Source: Candidatus Omnitrophota bacterium (GTDB lineage Bacteria; Omnitrophota; Gorgyraeia; Gygaellales; Profunditerraquicolaceae). Taken from it: a stretch of 64,000 bases of DNA. Every line of letters starts with the position of its first letter. Within the stretch, counting starts at the first letter, position 1. The stretch is taken from assembly GCA_963805065.1 (NCBI GenBank), contig CAWDSS010000017.1:726-64725 (forward strand), read 5' to 3'. The position numbers and the translations under genes are program-made. A model generated the notes under the pieces. It did not search any database. It was not told the origin of the DNA and saw only the letters and a program-made list of their open reading frames with translations. This document shows positions 9,938 to 20,036 of this stretch, piece after piece.

Positions 9938-11154
9938 GAAATTAAATCCGAGTAGAACCCGATCATCTTTTCATAGTGAATTTCAGGATTGTAAAGATCT
10001 TCTACTTTTTTTCGAGCATTACGCCCCAAAACTTTAATCAATTCATCATTATAGTAAAGAGTCTTTACCTTTTCCCTTAAATCTTCTACGTCCCCCGGAG
10101 TGAATAACAGGCTTACATCTCCTGTAGCAAGTTCAGGTATCCCACCAATATTGGAGGCTACAACCGGTTTACCATAAGCAAACGATTCATGTATTATTAA
10201 CGGAGAGTTTTCGTACCATTCGGAAGGAACAATAACAAACCTTGCATATTCAATAATCTCTTGAAATTCTTTTCCTCTCAAGAATCCACTCAATTTAATA
10301 TTCTTCAGATTATGACTATCTATATAATCTTCTATCTCGGGAAGTAATTCACCTGTTCCTAAAAGAACTAATTTGATAGGGAGCGATTCAAAGGCTTTTA
10401 TTAGTGTCATTATACCTTTATGTCTTACAAATCTCCCCGCAAAAACAACATAATCTCTAAAATTATAATCTGCTTTATAATTACTTGATTCAATTGAATG
10501 AGGCAAAATTTTAATCTTTGATTCTTTAATCCCGTGGGATATTAGCTTATCTTTCAAAAACTTACTTGGAGAAATAAAAAGGTCTACATTTTGATTGTAA
10601 ATTTTAAAGGTATTGTGAATTACTCTAGCGGAAAAAGCCAGAAAACTCGCCATTAAACTATTATTGTAGCACTGGCTACTTATAATGTTATAATATTTTC
10701 CTCTACTGCAGTTTTCACATATCCTGCCGTTATAATAAAAATTGTTACTCGCACATATAACTTGATAATCGTGAAGCGTCTGAATTATTGGAATACATGC
10801 TTTCTTTAGCGGCTCAAGTATTGAAGGAGAAATCTGATAAAAAATATTATGAATGTGAGCAATATCCGGCTTCGTCTTTTCAATTAGGAGCCTTATCTTC
10901 TTCTTTGCCTCAATGTTATAGATGCCATTTATATAAGCTTTGACCTTCTCGATTGTCCTTGCTTCTTTCCAATTCTCGCCTGTTACACCAGTTATAAAAT
11001 ACTCTGAATATTCCGAAGCAAGATTTTTGGGATGTTTTAGACAGAACTCAATAACCTCGTGTCCTTTGCGCCGTAAGAGATCAGATAATTGGAAATAATA
11101 AGTATCTGCACCGCCTGTGATATGATGGTATTTATTAATCATTAATATTTTCAT
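9934..11154 (-). CDS. Glycosyltransferase family 4
   Basis: GT-B fold. C-terminal E-x7-E-type block PSEWYENSPLIIHESFAYGKPVVASNIGGIPEL. Confidence 0.8.
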   Translation of the reverse strand: MKILMINKYHHITGGADTYYFQLSDLLRRKGHEVIEFCLKHPKNLASEYSEYFITGVTGENWKEARTIEKVKAYINGIYNIEAKKKIRLLIEKTKPDIAHIHNIFYQISPSILEPLKKACIPIIQTLHDYQVICASNNFYYNGRICENCSRGKYYNIISSQCYNNSLMASFLAFSARVIHNTFKIYNQNVDLFISPSKFLKDKLISHGIKESKIKILPHSIESSNYKADYNFRDYVVFAGRFVRHKGIMTLIKAFESLPIKLVLLGTGELLPEIEDYIDSHNLKNIKLSGFLRGKEFQEIIEYARFVIVPSEWYENSPLIIHESFAYGKPVVASNIGGIPELATGDVSLLFTPGDVEDLREKVKTLYYNDELIKVLGRNARKKVEDLYNPEIHYEKMIGFYSDLIS

Positions 11155-11239
11155 CTGTGAGCATTCCTAATACTTCTCATTTCCAATTATCCATTCCCTT
11201 ACTGTTATTTCTTCCATATTTATTCCATTTATATAGGCT

Positions 11240-11998
11240 TTACTTAGGTTTTATTGCCTTTATAATAAGATCACCGGTTAAAAATGATGACCACCAGTTT
11301 CTTAATGGCGCTAAAAAACCACTGCCACTTTTTTTAATTATTTTAAATCCTTGAGATTCTAAAAGTTCACAAAGTTTTTTCAGAGTGAAATAATGAATGT
11401 GTCCGCCATCCCAACCAATTTCTTCCCAATTATATGGAGAAGAGGTTATAGGTAAATATCCTAAAAACAATTTAATCCGGTATTTCAAATAGGCAATATT
11501 CGGGACTTCTACAATTACATGACCACCGGATTTTAATACTCTATAAAGCTCTTTAACCAGGGGATAAATGTCATAAATATGTTCTAAAACAGCGAGGCAG
11601 ATTATTGTATCAAAAAAGTTAGATTCAAAGCCTATCCGTCTGTCAAGATTTCCTTCGTAAAAATAGAATCTATTTGGCAAATTAAGATACTTTGTAGCTA
11701 CGGTTTCATTCGCTTCTTTGATCATTGAAGGTGCGATATCTATGCCATACAATTCATTATATTTGTCTATTAAGCGGAATAACATATATCCATTTCCACA
11801 GCCGATATCAAGAACCCTTTCCCCTTTTTTGGCAAGTTTATATGCCATATCGTATCGGTTGATATCCCAGCGGGTTAATATTTTTCTTAAACCAAAAAAC
11901 TGCAGTTGTTTCTGGACAATCAGTTTTTTATCGCCAAATTGAGATTCATAAATCCTTTTGTAGTCCATACCTAACCGCCTCAAGTATTTTTTCAGCAT
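11240..11998 (-). CDS. Class I SAM-dependent methyltransferase
   Basis: Motif I VLDIGCGNGYML, GIDIAP, FDTIICLAVLEHI. The annotated start overlaps the upstream GT by 53 nt, so the start is uncertain. Confidence 0.8.
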   Translation of the reverse strand: MLKKYLRRLGMDYKRIYESQFGDKKLIVQKQLQFFGLRKILTRWDINRYDMAYKLAKKGERVLDIGCGNGYMLFRLIDKYNELYGIDIAPSMIKEANETVATKYLNLPNRFYFYEGNLDRRIGFESNFFDTIICLAVLEHIYDIYPLVKELYRVLKSGGHVIVEVPNIAYLKYRIKLFLGYLPITSSPYNWEEIGWDGGHIHYFTLKKLCELLESQGFKIIKKSGSGFLAPLRNWWSSFLTGDLIIKAIKPK

Positions 11999-13118
11999 AA
12001 TTATCTGTTGTCTTGTCTTTTATAATTTCTAGCGACTGTGCTCTCATCTTTTCCTTCAATTCATTATTACTCAAGATAAATTTCAATTTTTCAGCTAATT
12101 CACCAATTTTATTCGGATTATAGCTATATCCATTTATACCATCTTTTACTAAATCTTCTGTTACTCCAGCATAATTAGAAGAAATTACCGGTAAACCGCA
12201 GGCCATCGCTTCGTTTACTACGAATCCCCAAACTTCATTGAATGAAGGAAGGACGAAAACATCGGCCAATTTATAATATGTTACAATAGCTTCTTTCTGG
12301 ACAAATCCTTCAAAGAAAACATTTTTTATATCATGCTTCCTAATATATTCCAAATATTTATCTTTTTCTTTACCTTCCCCGAGCAGGATCAGTCCGACAT
12401 CAGCCATATCCAGCTTTTCAAACTCCGCAATGAGATTAAGAACGCCTTTGTGAGCGATAAATTTTCCAACATAAATAATATTCTGAGAAGGGTATCTCCT
12501 TTTCATCTGAATAATTTCATTATCCTGTATTTCTTTACACTTACGCATGAACCACTCAACATCAACTGTATTACAACCAACAACAGTCTTTTCAGGCTTC
12601 GCTCCATAATAAATAATCTGCTCCTTAGCTGCTGTCCCACAAGCAACATAAGAATCGAATCTTGAAATAATATTCCTTTTGTAAAAGTCGGTTAGTGGAT
12701 TTTTAATAAAACCACTCAACAGATGACTCTCCGCCCAAAGAGTGATAGGTATCTTTTTTATTTTTGCATATAAAAGCGCTTCTATTGTTACCAAATAGTG
12801 ATAACCGCACATACAAATAGCATCTGGCTTGAAATTAGTTAATATTTGCCAAAATCCAAGATTAAAATAAATGGGCATTTCCCATGATCGAATAAATATA
12901 CAAAAATTTTTTAGTATACTATAGTTAAACCTAATATCGTCCAAATTAATTTTCCATTTTCTATTACTTTCTTTCTCTGCTAGAAAGATAACTTTTAAAT
13001 CGACATCAGAATATTTGGATATTGAATTGAATACGGAAATTCGATAAGGAGCAATAATATTTGTAATTAATACGATTTTCTTTCTCATTTTTTCATTCTT
13101 AACTATCTTGATGCTCAA
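11946..13118 (-). CDS. Glycosyltransferase family 4
   Basis: C-terminal block PSFNEVWGFVVNEAMACGLPVISSNYAGVTEDL. Confidence 0.8.
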   Translation of the reverse strand: MSIKIVKNEKMRKKIVLITNIIAPYRISVFNSISKYSDVDLKVIFLAEKESNRKWKINLDDIRFNYSILKNFCIFIRSWEMPIYFNLGFWQILTNFKPDAICMCGYHYLVTIEALLYAKIKKIPITLWAESHLLSGFIKNPLTDFYKRNIISRFDSYVACGTAAKEQIIYYGAKPEKTVVGCNTVDVEWFMRKCKEIQDNEIIQMKRRYPSQNIIYVGKFIAHKGVLNLIAEFEKLDMADVGLILLGEGKEKDKYLEYIRKHDIKNVFFEGFVQKEAIVTYYKLADVFVLPSFNEVWGFVVNEAMACGLPVISSNYAGVTEDLVKDGINGYSYNPNKIGELAEKLKFILSNNELKEKMRAQSLEIIKDKTTDNYAEKILEAVRYGLQKDL

Positions 13119-13923
13119 GATGATTCTTTATTCTATTTCTATATTTCAAATAGTAAGCTATTTTAGCTCGAAGAAAATAATAAACAATTAAAAATTTATT
13201 TATGATTCCTGGGGCATAGATTCTTCTTATTCTTAGTAATTCTTTTCTCCATCTTCTTATGGATGCCTTCTGCCCGCTTTTACTTTGTGGATAAATTCGA
13301 AAGTTTCCTAGTATTTTCGGGATCAGGGCTATTTTAAATTTTTTTCCAATCCGGCAATAAAATTCTGTATCCATGGAATAGTCTAAATCTTCATTAAGAT
13401 AACCCACTTCCTCTAATACAGATTTTCTAAAGAAAACTGTTGGTTGGGGGGGGGTGAATCGACCACAGGCAAACTGCCTGTAATTGAAATCTATTATCTC
13501 TTTTGTAAAAAGAAAATTGCCATTCTCATCAATATAATTAAAATATCCATAAACCATCCCAACATCGGGATTCTTCAAGAAAAAATCCGCAATAATACTT
13601 ACTGTTTCTAGTAGGTAAGTATCATCGGAATTTTGCCATGCCAAAATTTCGCCTGTTGCCATTTTAAATCCTTTATTAATTGCCTGCGTTTGACCGTTAT
13701 CCGGTTCTGATTTCCAGATTATTTTTTTATCATATTTTTTTAATATGTCTAATGTATTGTCCGCCGAAGCTCCGTCTATTACTATGTATTCAATATTGGG
13801 GTAGTCTTGATTCAAGACACTTAAGATTGTTTCCTCGATAAAATTACCTTGATTAAATGAAGGCGTTACTATAGTTACCTTCGGATTTAATAAAATTAAA
13901 TTTTTATTATTTTCCGCTTGCAT
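13099..13923 (-). CDS. Glycosyltransferase family 2
   Basis: VTIVTPSFNQGNFIEETILSVLNQDYPNIEYIVIDGASADNT and a QNSDD acidic motif. Contains the C9 tract listed separately. Confidence 0.85.
   Translation of the reverse strand: MQAENNKNLILLNPKVTIVTPSFNQGNFIEETILSVLNQDYPNIEYIVIDGASADNTLDILKKYDKKIIWKSEPDNGQTQAINKGFKMATGEILAWQNSDDTYLLETVSIIADFFLKNPDVGMVYGYFNYIDENGNFLFTKEIIDFNYRQFACGRFTPPQPTVFFRKSVLEEVGYLNEDLDYSMDTEFYCRIGKKFKIALIPKILGNFRIYPQSKSGQKASIRRWRKELLRIRRIYAPGIINKFLIVYYFLRAKIAYYLKYRNRIKNHLEHQDS
13446..13454 (-). repeat. Homopolymeric C9 tract (G9 on plus strand) inside the GT2 coding sequence
   Basis: Plus strand reads tggttGGGGGGGGGtgaatc. The coding strand reads ttc aCC CCC CCC Caa cca (F-T-P-P-Q-P). 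It is the only G/C run of 9 nt or more that I found in the window. Confidence 0.9.
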
Positions 13924-14006
13924 TTCTTCATGCCTCTCAAGTAAATATTCATATTATTTTTCAATAAACAAAAATATATCTTTTCCAAACTACACCTATA
14001 ATCTTA

Positions 14007-15371
14007 CTAACTATTAATTGTCGATTTTTTTAATATAAACTTTTTCCTAAATAAATAAAATAAAATAATTGAAAACCATAAAGGAGTGCTCTCTAATCCA
14101 TTGGATAATATTGAAAGCATCATCAAGCCAACACACAATATTAGAAAGAACAAATAATCAAAAATATTTCCTTTTATACTCCACCTTACATAAAAACCTG
14201 AACAAATAAAGCCAATAACAAACCCTCCAAACAATACATATAGCATACCAAAATCCCTATACAATCCGTAAATAATATTATATAACGCATTATATTTTTT
14301 TTCTTTGCCATCATCAGTAAACCCTACTGTTGTAAACTCCCAGTGCTTTTCCCTATTATCAAAAACAAGAGAATGAATACTAGGGTCTATTAGTCTAAGT
14401 AATGTCACTACGACACGCTCTATACCACCAATAGAACTAAGGCCATAAGTGTACTGAGTATGTAGTATGCTTTTGGGATCAGACAGCTCCTGGTCAAGGA
14501 GAACAAAACCTGCGGTATGATAATCTATTACATACACTTTAATCAGCTCAAATATTTTTCTATGTCCCGCTCTCTGTACACTAACAAAAAATAACAGAAA
14601 TACTAATATAAGCCCAACTTTTTTTATAAATGCTTTAGCTTTTATAAAATTATGGTTTTTTACAAACAAAGACCCGGAAGATGTAAACAACACAACCATA
14701 ATTATCAACAGATAAAGATAGATAAGTTCCCTTGAAAAATATACCATTGAGTTTAGGATAACTATCAGAATACTTATGAAAATAAATTTATAATTTTTCG
14801 TAATTAGAAATGCACATATTGAATAGTATAAATATGCATATATTATAGATTGAATTACGACACGAAAAAAATAAGCAATACCTTTACTGGGAAATAACTC
14901 CCCTGCACTATGAAAAGTTCTAATTACAACCAACCTATAACTAGTACCATGTGTTAAGACAAGATTAAATCCTTTATATGCATAAAATAACATAAAAGGT
15001 ATCACAATTATTAAACATATAGTAAAAAATATTCCTAATTTTTTTAGTTTTTTAGTATTTTCGTTGGTTTTATCAATTAGGAACTTTGTATTTACTACTG
15101 GCTTATTTTTGTGAATATTCCTCATTCCAACATAGAGAAAACAACCAATTGTATAAAACAATATAAACATACAGGTCAACAAGTTAGTGCGCCAACTCGG
15201 TAAGAATAAGCCGGTTATACTTAAATTTGCAACAAATAGCCATCCTCCCCACCACCATAATATTATAGATACAGGATTAAATAACGACTTATAAATTTTA
15301 TATGACACTGCTGTAAAAAAAAGTATTGCCACAATACCAGCACTAAAATAAATCATTGAAATGCTCCCCAT
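14007..15371 (-). CDS. O-antigen polymerase (Wzy)-like polytopic membrane protein
   Basis: 454 aa, hydrophobic almost throughout with no soluble domain, embedded among glycosyltransferases. Assignment is by context and topology only. Confidence 0.5.
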   Translation of the reverse strand: MGSISMIYFSAGIVAILFFTAVSYKIYKSLFNPVSIILWWWGGWLFVANLSITGLFLPSWRTNLLTCMFILFYTIGCFLYVGMRNIHKNKPVVNTKFLIDKTNENTKKLKKLGIFFTICLIIVIPFMLFYAYKGFNLVLTHGTSYRLVVIRTFHSAGELFPSKGIAYFFRVVIQSIIYAYLYYSICAFLITKNYKFIFISILIVILNSMVYFSRELIYLYLLIIMVVLFTSSGSLFVKNHNFIKAKAFIKKVGLILVFLLFFVSVQRAGHRKIFELIKVYVIDYHTAGFVLLDQELSDPKSILHTQYTYGLSSIGGIERVVVTLLRLIDPSIHSLVFDNREKHWEFTTVGFTDDGKEKKYNALYNIIYGLYRDFGMLYVLFGGFVIGFICSGFYVRWSIKGNIFDYLFFLILCVGLMMLSILSNGLESTPLWFSIILFYLFRKKFILKKSTINS

Positions 15372-15457
15372 TTGTCAAGACACAAAATTGGCAGAAAAAG
15401 TAGATTACTCTCCATAATTTCTTTCATAATCAATACTCTTTTCACAATCAATTTTCT

Positions 15458-16696
15458 TCATACAGATAAAATCTCTTCATAAAGTTTTTTATACCACTTG
15501 GCAACTTTTACCATCTCAAATTCTCTCAAAGCTTTTTCTCTCGCTTTTTGCCTAAGATTATTATAATCAGGATTGTTCAACACCCAATCGATACCTTTTG
15601 CAAGGTCGTCTGTACTAAAGGGTTGGGCAAGGTAACCATTAATCTGCTGCTCAATCATATCGCTATTTCCCCCTATATTGAAAGCAACAACTGGCGTTCC
15701 GCAGGCCAATGGTTCCATGATGGTATTAGAAAGATTTTCTTGCAGACTTGGCACCACCATCACGTCTACTGCACTATAAAGTGTCACTAAACTCACATCG
15801 TCATGCAAATACCCAAGATAGTGAGTTTTAAATCCAAAATTTTGAGGCTCTTTTGGCTCACTACTTCCAAACAGGACAAATTCTATATCTTTGTTTTTGA
15901 GTTTATACAAAGCTTCGCTCAGTTGTGCAAAACCCTTTCGTGGATCGCTTGTCCATCCTATGGCACCAAAAAGAACGAGTTTTTTATCTCGAGAAAGGCT
16001 CCAAAGTCCTCTTGCTTTTTGTGTATCAAATGGTTTAAACACATTTGTATCTATAGTATTTGGAATATTTACAATCCGCCTGTTACCTAAAAGACCACTC
16101 TTAGCGGCACAATCAGTGAGCCATTTACTGGGCCCCACTACCGTGATATTTTTAGTCTTATTATATGTTTTATTTTTTCGTTTGAAGATTCTTCTGCTCA
16201 AATCTTTTTTTTTATCTGAATTAAGTATAGGGCACGCTCCACATTCTTTTTCATATTTACCACAGGAATTGTCATAATGGCATCCTCCGGTAAATGCCCA
16301 CATATCGTGCAACGTCCACACAATCGGAGCTTTTATCTTAGCAATGTCTTCTATGCTTATCATCCCGCCACAAATCCACTGCAGATGGACGATGTCGGGA
16401 TTTATCTCGTTTATCTTATTGACCATACTGCTAAATGGTAGCGATGAGGGGCTAAAAAGTGTCTTGGTTCGCTCTTTGTAAAATCTCACGGGGATAGAGT
16501 CCAAAAACGGTCTAAGTTTATTGAGCTTTTTTTTGACTTTGTCGGTTTCGGCTAAGACGGTATAATCATCACTGCTTTTGCTTTGCACAAGCATTTGAGA
16601 GTCAATGCCTTGAGAGAGCAAAGCCCTATGAAGCCTATAAGCCGCTCTCGCCGCTCCTCCTTGGATGTCTAATGTGTTTACGATAAGGATTTTCAT
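15458..16696 (-). CDS. Glycosyltransferase family 4/GT-B
   Basis: MKILIVNTLDIQGGAARAAYRL N-terminus and C-terminal VVPSLQENLSNTIMEPLACGTPVVAFNIGGNSDMI. Confidence 0.8.
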   Translation of the reverse strand: MKILIVNTLDIQGGAARAAYRLHRALLSQGIDSQMLVQSKSSDDYTVLAETDKVKKKLNKLRPFLDSIPVRFYKERTKTLFSPSSLPFSSMVNKINEINPDIVHLQWICGGMISIEDIAKIKAPIVWTLHDMWAFTGGCHYDNSCGKYEKECGACPILNSDKKKDLSRRIFKRKNKTYNKTKNITVVGPSKWLTDCAAKSGLLGNRRIVNIPNTIDTNVFKPFDTQKARGLWSLSRDKKLVLFGAIGWTSDPRKGFAQLSEALYKLKNKDIEFVLFGSSEPKEPQNFGFKTHYLGYLHDDVSLVTLYSAVDVMVVPSLQENLSNTIMEPLACGTPVVAFNIGGNSDMIEQQINGYLAQPFSTDDLAKGIDWVLNNPDYNNLRQKAREKALREFEMVKVAKWYKKLYEEILSV

Positions 16697-16931
16697 TTTA
16701 AAACTAATCTTTTTATTAGCCTTAAAATGCCTTGAATATTTCTATCAGCGGAAAGGCTAAATATGAGACTATTTCAAAAAATCTAATCTGATTCCAATTA
16801 GGTTCGATACTTTTGATTTTCTTAAATATCGTTGCGTGGCTACCTTCAAGCACCCCAATTACTCCAAGTCCAATCATTTTAGCAAAGAAATTAGTGGAAT
16901 CGACTGCCACATCCCAAGTTCAGCAGCCACA

Positions 16932-18011
16932 TCATACACTTCTCCTTCTTAAAACTCTCCTAACCCATCCTTCGATCTGGTACGGTAACAGCGAAGACAC
17001 AAACAAAAGGCTTCTGGTAGATACAAACATAACCGGTCCTGCAATCTTCAGAAAAACCTTACTCAACCAATACCTGCGCGATCGCAATAATGAATCAATG
17101 TCGTCTGTACGTCGTAATTGAACCCTACCGTGGTATCGCTGATTCACAAGATCGTTCCACATCGCCGTAATCTGTGGTGGATGCTTACCATCGAATCGCT
17201 CCAACCAGCTTGGGTATTTGTAAATATTGTGTACACGATATGGGTTCTGTAAACGCTCAAAGCTCTCTGCTGCCCATTCCTGCATTCTGCCAAACTCTCC
17301 CCATTGAACATGGGCGTAGTAAGCACTCTTAGCAGCTACCTGATGAGGAAAAATAAATGAATAGTGATACAGATAAATTCTTCTATTAGTCAGGTAACTC
17401 GGCTTGATCCAACCCAACTTCCTTAGATCAATTCCATCTTGATTGGCAACTCTTGGGGGACGATGAGTTGCATATGTGTAACCAGGTCCCCAGCGAAAGA
17501 GGCGGTGAAATACCTCTCCGCCATAATGACGTAGATACCAGCCATCCACATAGTAGTTGAGGCCACCCCAGAATTGGATTTGCTTGAACGATACCGCATG
17601 TGCGTCACTTCTTGCTAGCAGCTCGCTGATAATCCAATGCATATCCTGGGGTTGATAAAACTCGTCTACATCTACCTGCCACAACCAGCTGCCCGTTGCC
17701 CGCTTGGCATAAGCCTGGCTCTGTTCATCCTTCTCGCCGGGCCAGAAACCATTGGGGTGACCTTCGTCCTCAGCGGTCACAATGATTAGCTTGTTCGCCG
17801 GATCTTCGTGTGCCTTGAAGTCGAGAAGCGCTTGAATAGTGCCATCCATGGAGTGCCCGTCTGGTGTAGCAATGGTGGCCGCGGCCGGGGCAGCTCCCTC
17901 AACCACAATGATCTCATGGGCAAAGGGGTAGAGTGCGTGCAGGTTGTAGCGGATGAGAGGTTCGCCATTGAGCACGATCATGCCAAAGGTAACTTTTGGA
18001 AAATTATTCAT
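16932..18011 (-). CDS. Glycosyltransferase-like protein (GT-A/GT2-like), first gene of the higher-GC island
   Basis: VTFGMIVLNGEPLIRYNLHALYPFAHEIIVVEGA and a VDVDEFY acidic motif. Composition is clearly more GC-rich than the flanks. Confidence 0.45.
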   Translation of the reverse strand: MNNFPKVTFGMIVLNGEPLIRYNLHALYPFAHEIIVVEGAAPAAATIATPDGHSMDGTIQALLDFKAHEDPANKLIIVTAEDEGHPNGFWPGEKDEQSQAYAKRATGSWLWQVDVDEFYQPQDMHWIISELLARSDAHAVSFKQIQFWGGLNYYVDGWYLRHYGGEVFHRLFRWGPGYTYATHRPPRVANQDGIDLRKLGWIKPSYLTNRRIYLYHYSFIFPHQVAAKSAYYAHVQWGEFGRMQEWAAESFERLQNPYRVHNIYKYPSWLERFDGKHPPQITAMWNDLVNQRYHGRVQLRRTDDIDSLLRSRRYWLSKVFLKIAGPVMFVSTRSLLFVSSLLPYQIEGWVRRVLRRRSV

Positions 18012-18672
18012 AAGTTGTGCGGGCTATAACCATTAGTTGACGCCGCTTGAGACGCCAAGCAGTAAAAACACAAATCCAATCAAATACCTTAACAGGCAAA
18101 TGTGCATCAAATTGTTGCCAAAGGGAAGGCCAAGCATGCGTGTATACCCAAATACGTTCTACCTGGAATCCTGCCTCAGTCAGTAAATTCCCTAATAAAA
18201 GAGGCGTCCAAGTATAAAAATGGTGATGGATATCCTTTGGATCAAATCTCAGTTGAGTGCGCCAATCATCAATCGGAACGCAGAGTACAAAGATTCCACC
18301 CCGCTTCAATTTTCGGTGTATGGACTGACAAATTTCTAGCGGACCTGGCACATGCTCCAAAGCATGATTCGAAATCACAACGTCAACTGTCTTGTCCGGG
18401 ATGAACGACAAGTTTTCAAAAACCTCTAAGCCAGACTTGGCTGCTTCTGCTCGTGCCGCAGGATTTATCTCTATGCCTAACCGTTTGTTACATTTTAGAT
18501 TTAGTAGCAGTGCGCCGCTGCCGCAACCAAAATCCAGCACCGTGTCGGTAGGATGAATAAAGCGAGCAAACTTGCGGACATTGATCCGCCCTCGCTGTAA
18601 TCCTCCTTGATTTTGCAAGGCGAAATACACCTTGCCAGGTTCGCCAATGTAGTGAGTCGAGGCTTGAGGCAT
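18004..18672 (-). CDS. Class I SAM-dependent methyltransferase
   Basis: Motif I VLDFGCGSGALLLNL, GIEINP, VDVVISNHALEHV. Confidence 0.8.
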   Translation of the reverse strand: MPQASTHYIGEPGKVYFALQNQGGLQRGRINVRKFARFIHPTDTVLDFGCGSGALLLNLKCNKRLGIEINPAARAEAAKSGLEVFENLSFIPDKTVDVVISNHALEHVPGPLEICQSIHRKLKRGGIFVLCVPIDDWRTQLRFDPKDIHHHFYTWTPLLLGNLLTEAGFQVERIWVYTHAWPSLWQQFDAHLPVKVFDWICVFTAWRLKRRQLMVIARTTYE

Positions 18673-20036
18673 TAGACTTGCTTCCGTTTTCTCAATAATG
18701 AATCGATGGGCTTGAGCGTCAAATAAGCAAAATAAGCTGGTAGTCGTCGGGAACTCAAACCGAGTTTTCTGAGCACTCTGCCCAGTTTAGGTAAATTCAG
18801 AAAGGACTCGGCTCGATCGCTAAGAGTAATTTGCGGTACAGTCTCACGATTAATCCACTCAACATAAGCCGGCTTGATCACTTCAGCAAGCAAACGAACA
18901 TCAAGGGGCTTGAGCGAAACGCGCCGCATAGCTTGATGATTCAAATTGTTTTGGCGACTAATTGGAATATTTAAGGATTCAAAATCCAAACCCTGTTTTT
19001 GGAAGAATTCTTTATGCCATATACGTTTATGCCGACGCTCTGGCGGCAGGTTAAGCATTGCCATACATACATCAATATCTAAGAAAGGTGACCATGGTTT
19101 GAAGCCAAATAATTTTGGAACCCTCAGGAGATATGAAATCAACATAATTTTCAAACGAATTTGGATAATCACTCGATACCGCTCGTTTTGCAGCTGCTTG
19201 TTGTTTCCTTCTAAGAATAACTTACGTAACTCATAGAGTGAAGAATAAACCGAGGACTTGATATCGGCATTTAAACCATGAATATGCCCCAATTTATTCA
19301 TTTCATAATATGATTTAATTGCTGGGGGATGAGTGCTGCCTGCCCACACATCTCCAAAAATTCCGCTTAAAAATGGATTACCCTTTTCGACCTTGCTCAA
19401 TATCTTCTGATAAAACTCAAAATGATACATCCCGTGCGCATGGGTCGAGACACCGAAGAGATTATCCCAATCCTCAAAATAGTTGTGAAAGTCGCCCAGT
19501 AGAATCTGCTCCCATCGGGTACCCAGGATTTCTGACAAGCGCCGAGCATACACTACTTCGTAAGACTCGGCCTGATCATCAGATATCCCATAGGTAAAGG
19601 ATCGAATCCGCGTTTTATCCTCAATGCACCAGTTGAGCAGCCGCGAATCGTAGCCGCCGCTGGTGGGAATGACAATTTCGCCTTCTACCGAATGTTCCCA
19701 CTTCCGCACCCTTTCCCGAATCAGACCAATAATATCCTCTTCGGATAAACAATAGTCCAGCCACTGTTCCACTGGATCATCCAGATACTCGACGCTCAAC
19801 GCGCCTTTGTCATCCACCCACAACCTGGAGGAATGGCGCAAAAACTTAACATACTTAACTGGAGTTTGCTCAAAAACTGAGTAACCAAAATCCAGATAGT
19901 TATTGAATCCCTCCGGGTCAAACTCCAGGTCAGTCAACTCAATCACATCATTGATATTATGACTCGCTCTGCCTGTCTTTTCGTTATAAAAAACGGGCTG
20001 CGAGGCCAGCCAATCGGTTTCAAACAACTGTCTCAT
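18672..20036 (-). CDS. Asparagine-synthase-domain / PP-loop ATP pyrophosphatase-like protein (no Ntn glutaminase domain)
   Basis: PP-loop IVIPTSGGYDSRLL (SGGxDS). The N-terminus lacks the Met-Cys start of class II amidotransferases. Confidence 0.6.
   Translation of the reverse strand: MRQLFETDWLASQPVFYNEKTGRASHNINDVIELTDLEFDPEGFNNYLDFGYSVFEQTPVKYVKFLRHSSRLWVDDKGALSVEYLDDPVEQWLDYCLSEEDIIGLIRERVRKWEHSVEGEIVIPTSGGYDSRLLNWCIEDKTRIRSFTYGISDDQAESYEVVYARRLSEILGTRWEQILLGDFHNYFEDWDNLFGVSTHAHGMYHFEFYQKILSKVEKGNPFLSGIFGDVWAGSTHPPAIKSYYEMNKLGHIHGLNADIKSSVYSSLYELRKLFLEGNNKQLQNERYRVIIQIRLKIMLISYLLRVPKLFGFKPWSPFLDIDVCMAMLNLPPERRHKRIWHKEFFQKQGLDFESLNIPISRQNNLNHQAMRRVSLKPLDVRLLAEVIKPAYVEWINRETVPQITLSDRAESFLNLPKLGRVLRKLGLSSRRLPAYFAYLTLKPIDSLLRKRKQV

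Noticed and set aside
16722-16910. 62-codon GTG-initiated ORF at the left border of the higher-GC island as a real gene.
   Set aside because: It has no motif, no RBS that I could see, and a non-ATG start, and it lies in a boundary region. It was treated as possible gene debris rather than annotated.
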